A DNA stretch of 64,000 nucleotides from Paraspadella gotoi (lineage: Eukaryota; Animalia; Chaetognatha): positions 6,189,992-6,253,991 of the forward strand of contig CM119267.1 of NCBI GenBank assembly GCA_051294375.1, read 5' to 3'. Position numbers and translations under genes: made by a program. A model generated the notes under the pieces. The model searched no databases, was not told where the DNA came from, and saw nothing but the letters and a program-made list of their open reading frames with translations. Below are positions 58,422 through 64,000 of the stretch, piece after piece (the first letter of the stretch is position 1; each line of letters begins with the position of its first letter).

Positions 58422-61060
58422 ATGATGGAAGAAACCGGGTTGGGCGTTCCCAAGTTCCTGCAACTTCAAGTGGAGGCTTTGCTTGAATCGGCTCGTAGCG
58501 TTTGTTCTGAGGCTTTTGTTATGATATTCCCGAGTTCTGATCGTGATGAAGGAAGGTCTTGGAAGGCGACGCCGGAGGCCAGGGACCGATTTCTCACTAA
58601 CGGATTTCATCTTGGCGCCAGAGACGTAGAACTCGATGCTTTTGCCGCAGATCGAGACGAGAGTCGCAGACCGACCTGCGATGAAGCAGACGATAATCTT
58701 CAGGTTTTCCAGAAAATTCCTTCGGCAGAATTGACAGACCCCAACGCTGTTTTGAAAGCTCTAAACGAGGACTTGACCAGAGTTCCGACCGAATCATCGC
58801 CATTTCTTGCTGAACTTATTCAATCCCCGCATCTCATTTTGAGCTTATACACCTTTGCGCTTCGAAGGCAGCTGAATCTGTCTTCGCCATCGCCAAAGGT
58901 AGAAGACATTCAGTTGGCATCGGACCCCGAATCGCTATGGGACTTGCCAACAAAGAGATCCATTTCCCGTTGTAATGCGGCCACGCTTAGCGCCCCCGCT
59001 GCGTTGTTGCGCACTTCATCCAAGCCACAGTGTCTAGTCACTGAGATTGATTCTCCTCCGTGTCAGTTATTGCCCTCTTCCGCCAAATTGTTAGAAACCC
59101 ATACTGTGTCTCATTTTCAAATGCCGAGCCTTTCTTCTACTATGCCAGAGCTTTCTTCTCCCATCACGAGACTTTCTTCGGCAATGCCAAGCATTTCATC
59201 TGCAATGTCGTGTCTTCCTACGGCTATTCCGAACCTCTCTTCGGCAATTACGACAACTCCATTTCCCGTCGCGTCTTTTTCATCCCCTTTGCCGATCCCC
59301 TCTCCTGCATCAACCAGTAATTCTTTGTCTGATCCAAGTTTTCATTTTCATTCCCAACCTCCATCCAGTTTTTCTTTCACGACGAATTCTGCTTCTGTTT
59401 TCAAGACGTCTTCTCCAAAGATGCCCGTTCAAAGTTTTCATTCACCGGTCAGACCGCAAATTAATTCTATTTCTGCTCCCAGTGACTCTTTCGAGATGCC
59501 ACTTCATTATTTTTCAAGCCAGTCGACAATTTCCCCACAGGGTTCTTTATCAACACCTTCGGCTTCGATCCTAAATGACAGTTCCATGGGGAATCTGTTT
59601 CCCACCTATCCTTTTGCCTCACACATTCGGTGTACGGCCACGCAGGATGTTAATAACACTGCCGCACCAACCGCACTATATTCTTCAAATGTACAATGTG
59701 CTCCTTCCTCACAAAGCACTCTACCGCCAGACATCAATATTATTCCGATTTCTTCGGCTTTTACTCCTTCGTCGCGTACATCCTCAGTCATTCGCACTCA
59801 GCCGGCGTCGACTGTCGGTATCGGAGGGATCCTTTCACATGAACATCTAAATTCGCCGGAGGATGACGTGAATTCTATACTGTCGGGTACGGAAAGATAG
59901 TTAAATAGGTCAGATTCTCGACGACCAAGACAATGACGTCTCCAAATAGCGGACGATAAGGCAGTTATACAATTTAATTAAATCTTAATTTGACAATAAT
60001 TTGATATAGTGCTTATCGTATTAAACTTTTCGCAGCCGCTTCCGACGATTCTGGTCGCGTTGGCAACCCGGACCATACTTACCCGGAAATACGCCGGAAA
60101 GCTCCATTGATCTTGTCAGTAGACAGGTTGTCCAACTCGCAATCCTTCCCTTTGGAAGTCAGCTCACAGGTTTCAGTCAGCTGCTGGAATTCTTTAAATA
60201 TTGTCACGCCAGTATCCCCGGCCATTGCCTCGCCTATCGTGGCCTCAAAGATAAGAAAGAATGCGCTGCCGCACAAAAACTCCAAGAATGCGACGCCACC
60301 AACCCCGCCGCCGACTCCATTAGACGACGCCGAAAATTCAAAGCAGCCCCCGTTGAAAAAACGTCGGTCTAGACAGTCAGCGTTGGGGATAGGGGAGGTG
60401 CGTCAAATACCGGGAAAACCATCAGAAGCAGAGTCCAAGAATAAGCGTCAAAGAAAAAAAGAGCCGAATGAGTTGTCGATGGTGGTGGCCGAGCCCGAAG
60501 TGATGTCGGACGGATCGACGGTCGAGTCTCCGGCGACACTAGCACCGCCGGTTACGACCTCGCGAGTGGCTTTAGCAGAAAGGGCTAAGGCCAAGTACTC
60601 TGCCCTTCAAAGCATTTTCGAGGAACTCTATTCCAAATTTCAGTTTGTTCCCGAACCGGACTTTAAACGACCGTTTTTGTACCCGAGTAGAGGAAACAGT
60701 CTGGGTGTGGTCTATCCCAAAGCCTTTTTTCTTGGGGTTAGATACAATTTTCAGAGTTTCAACCAGAACACCAATGTCGTAACTTTGAAGTGCATGAATC
60801 TCAAGGTAGGTTTAGAAATTATTTTCTGCTATTTTTTAGATAGAAGTCGGTAATGCAGGGTTTGTCAGATCCATTTGTTTTTTTAGAATATAAAAACCAA
60901 GTCCAAGTCCAAGTGCGGAGCAAAGTTGGAGGTTCATCTTGATACTCTTGACTTCTCCTTCACTGGGACGCACGAGGAATGCTTCTCGATGATCAATTTA
61001 GATCGATCCAAAGACGAAGCCATTAAGGAAATAACTTCGAGGCTAAATCTCAGGGATTGA
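58422..61060 (+). CDS. Uncharacterised Ser/Pro-rich protein with a putative C-terminal FLYWCH/WRKY-GCM1-like zinc finger; exons 58422-59886, 60036-60805, 60887-61060
   Basis: The 504-aa and 248-aa ORFs join in frame via GT-AG introns; NLS-like PPLKKRR; GVRYNF...TLKCMNLK|NIKTKSKSKCGAKLEV...GTHEEC. Confidence 0.6.
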
Positions 61061-62216
61061 TGATACTAATACTATGCTTCTTTTTTAAATTTTTGGTGTT
61101 TTGCTACGTACGTACATATTTATATGTGGGTATTTTTTTCTTTGATTTGATTTTTCGCGTAGATCGAGTGTCTCAAGTGTACTGTCACTTTACAAATGAG
61201 TGCTGTGTCAAATTGGTAAGGTGAATTATTAATTTGAAAGAACCACCAAAAAGATAAGTTCATACAGTTTTTTTTTTTTTTTGTATCTCTATTATCTTAT
61301 TTATTTGTATTTTTATTGACACAATGCCCGGTTCAAATGAGGGAGAATTTTTGTTTTGACAATCCATCAAAGCATTTGGGTGTTATTAAATTTATTTAGT
61401 TGTCCTGCTTTTAATTACAAAAATGATTGTGCATCGTACATAGTACATAGTACATTGTTTATTGAGCCTTTTCCTAAGAATTTTGTAGATTGGGAAAGAT
61501 TGACGATAATGATTTCAGAGGTGAAGATGCAAATATTGATTGTGAAGGAATTTTGTTTTAATGGACGCTTAGTATGCTATGATTCAGAATATAATCTGAG
61601 ATGAATAGTCTTTTTTACTGCTAAAACTTATATGCATTGCCAATGTAATTGGCTGTATCAAACCATATGCATATCCGCTACATTCTTTCATTTTGAATCA
61701 ATTAAATACTCTCAAATCCGGAAGGAGTATGGTGAAAATCTGTAGGGATTATATATCATTATACAAAAGCGACATATTATTATTTAACCAAGTAGCTGAA
61801 AAAAAATATTTTTGGTTGTTAGAAATTGATAACAAATATTTCTAACATTTGCTTTGAGTGCTGATAAAATGTGAAATAATAGTTAGATTTTAAAAATATA
61901 TTATATAAAACTAAGAAATTCCGGATCTAACGAGTACAATAAATGCATTTTTTATAATTGTACTGATTCACTGTATTCATTTGTAAAGTGACACTACGCT
62001 TGAGACACTAAGTAGATTTTCTATTTATCATTTATTTTCAAAATGATTTCTCTTTCTTTACGCTTTATCGACGTTTTCGTAATGATTTTGAATCCGTCTT
62101 TTTATGAGACTTAGTTAATTCCCACAAAAAAAGCGAAAAAAATGAGAGTTTGGACTGGAAATTAAAGAACATAACTTTTAATAATTCCGTCGTCCGAATG
62201 CGACGCGTATTAAGAA

Positions 62217-64000
62217 ATGGATGGAGATCGCTCGGACATCGATCTCTTCGACGATAGTGATCCAGAGGATCAGGAAGATTCCCTATTCTTTAATCCTTCC
62301 GCCGCGAAAAAACTAAAAATCGAAGATGAAACGACTCGAACAGGATGTCAGCTTTTGAGCCAGTCGACCGGTCATTCGACAGATCTTTCTACTGGCCAGT
62401 TTACCGGCCAATCCACCGGCCAGTCGACAGGTCATTCGACGAGCCAATCCTCAGAGGAAAGTGATAATGAACTCAACTCGACGGGGACTTCCGAGTGCCG
62501 CTCTTCCTCGCTCTTTGGAGAGGAATCATCGGAAGCTGATGAGGATGAAATCTCGATGAACGACGATGCGGAGCGAAAAATTAACGGCAACGTTGACGAC
62601 CTCTCGACCAAAGACGACCAAAGTGGTTCCGCTCATTGTGAGAGAACGGAAGAAAAAAATATAACAAACTCTGGTAGGTATTATTTTAGTACCAATTCGA
62701 ATTAAGTTTGTTACATTCAATCATTTTTAATACAGTGTTTAATACCCGAATGCTTCTCCCTCTCAAATGCGCGAACATTATTCAAATCTTTTGTCTAACT
62801 CAGAAAACGACGCTCAGTTCGCAGATCCAATTGCCAAAGGCGGATGTGTCGAAAAACAAAAGAACATAGCCGAGAGGAGAGCAAAGAAAAAAGTTAGCAA
62901 AGGAAAATAATTTGTCAATGGAGACTTAGGATTCAGATGAAAATATCGTATCCCTTAGCAACGTTTCGTGCCATTGCACGACATGCGATGGGGGTATTTG
63001 TCAGTGACCGACCTCGTGGCTCAGTCGTGGTGCGAGCAACAGCTCTTTTACGGCTACTTTCCTCCAACCCCCGATTACGTCGCCGTTCCTCTCGAAGAGG
63101 TGGCGCCCGCCGTCGCCGCGGGACAAGAAATACATCAGGTGACTTGTCATCGCAATCCTTATTAAAATTTTAAATAGAAAATAAATATCAAGCTTGAATA
63201 AATACAGGAAAGAGATGCGGAGCTTGGAGAAAAAGTCTTGGTCGAGACTCGAACGAAGGAGGACAGAGTCGCCATGGATTTGGCTCAACTGCTGGAGGTC
63301 GGTAAAGATTCTTAATTCTCAGAGTAGAAGGAATTAAGGGATCGCGATTTTGGAAAGATTTTCGTAAAATTCCTAACTCTCTCTCTCTCTCTCTCTCTCA
63401 TCCGCTCTTCTCAGTGTCTTCGCGCGTTTATTTTCGCCGACTCGGGGGAAGTTGTTCGGCGGGAAATTCCCATTTTCGGATTTCTTCCGTTAAAGTCGAA
63501 TAGGTCTGGCGTCTCCAACGGAACTTCTGAAGTCGGAAAGAGTAAAGCCAGTGCGTAGTTAATGATTAAATACGTCATTTCAATTCTTGGGAGTTAAACT
63601 TAATTACAGTGTTATTAGACGTGATTGTTTTTAATTTCTAATTTTATCTTTAAGAATACATATGAGACTGCTAATGATCGAACAAAGAAAGAGAAATATC
63701 TTATTATGATTATCTTTATTTTTCTAACAGAGACTTTGGTGTCGCCGCGAGGACTTCCGGTGGAGATGCTCGTCAGCGGCGTCATCGACGAACTTCGCTT
63801 CGACGTCAACGATGGGAAACTGACGCTTGTCGAACTAAAGACTCGTTTTAAACCGACGCTGCCGGGGCAAGCTCAGAGGCTGGGTCATAACCTTCAGGTA
63901 AACATCTAATAGTCCCTTTTAATTGTCACTCTTGTCTAAAAAAAACCTACCAATAATTATGAAAAAATACATGAACTGAAAGTTTTAATGACATTACATT
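62217..64000 (+). CDS. EXO5: Exonuclease V (EXO5/DEM1), multi-exon, 3' end beyond the window
   Basis: YLSVTDLVAQSWCEQQ, AGQEIH, VRREIPIFG, LVSGVIDEL, LTLVELKTR...LPGQAQ...H.LQ; acidic N-terminal extension with STGQ repeats. Confidence 0.87.
63377..63399. repeat. (CT)n microsatellite in an EXO5 intron
   Basis: Short perfect dinucleotide run upstream of a splice acceptor. Confidence 0.9.

Noticed and set aside
59887-59960. Possible 22-nt micro-intron plus mini-exon, or stop-codon readthrough, after the 504-aa ORF
   Set aside because: All frames of the mini-exon contain stops, and a single 59887-60035 GT-AG intron restores the frame.

Overview
Compact eukaryotic (metazoan) genomic window read in the standard genetic code, with short AT-rich introns and GC/CpG-rich exons. 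I can reconstruct 25 protein-coding genes: SF3A3 (5' end outside the window), an F-box/LRR-like gene, RPL7, HPS3, GNB1L, WDR24, TSR1, a JARID2 N-terminus-only protein, an orphan glycine-zipper protein, PECR, BCAS2, Trio/Kalirin, GFM2, ACOX3, ATG10, C2orf76, RPL28, a BVMO, TMEM53-like, SIL1, EXD1-like, Golgin-45, PM20D1, a FLYWCH-like orphan and EXO5 (3' end outside the window). All 25 lie head-to-tail on the + strand, mostly 76-360 bp apart. Many start codons have an unpaired pyrimidine-AG acceptor just upstream, and the tightest spacers have no AATAAA. This points to very long operon-like or directional polycistronic gene arrays resolved by spliced-leader trans-splicing, which is an inference needing RNA data. 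Other highlights are a GC-rich structured element with a candidate poison 5' splice site in RPL7 intron 2, a JARID2 reduced to its PRC2/H2Aub-binding motifs, degenerate splice donors including two GC-AG introns, an 8-kb Trio exon with a compositional gradient, and a MITE family present twice. Gene names come from recognising motifs by eye; no database searches were run.
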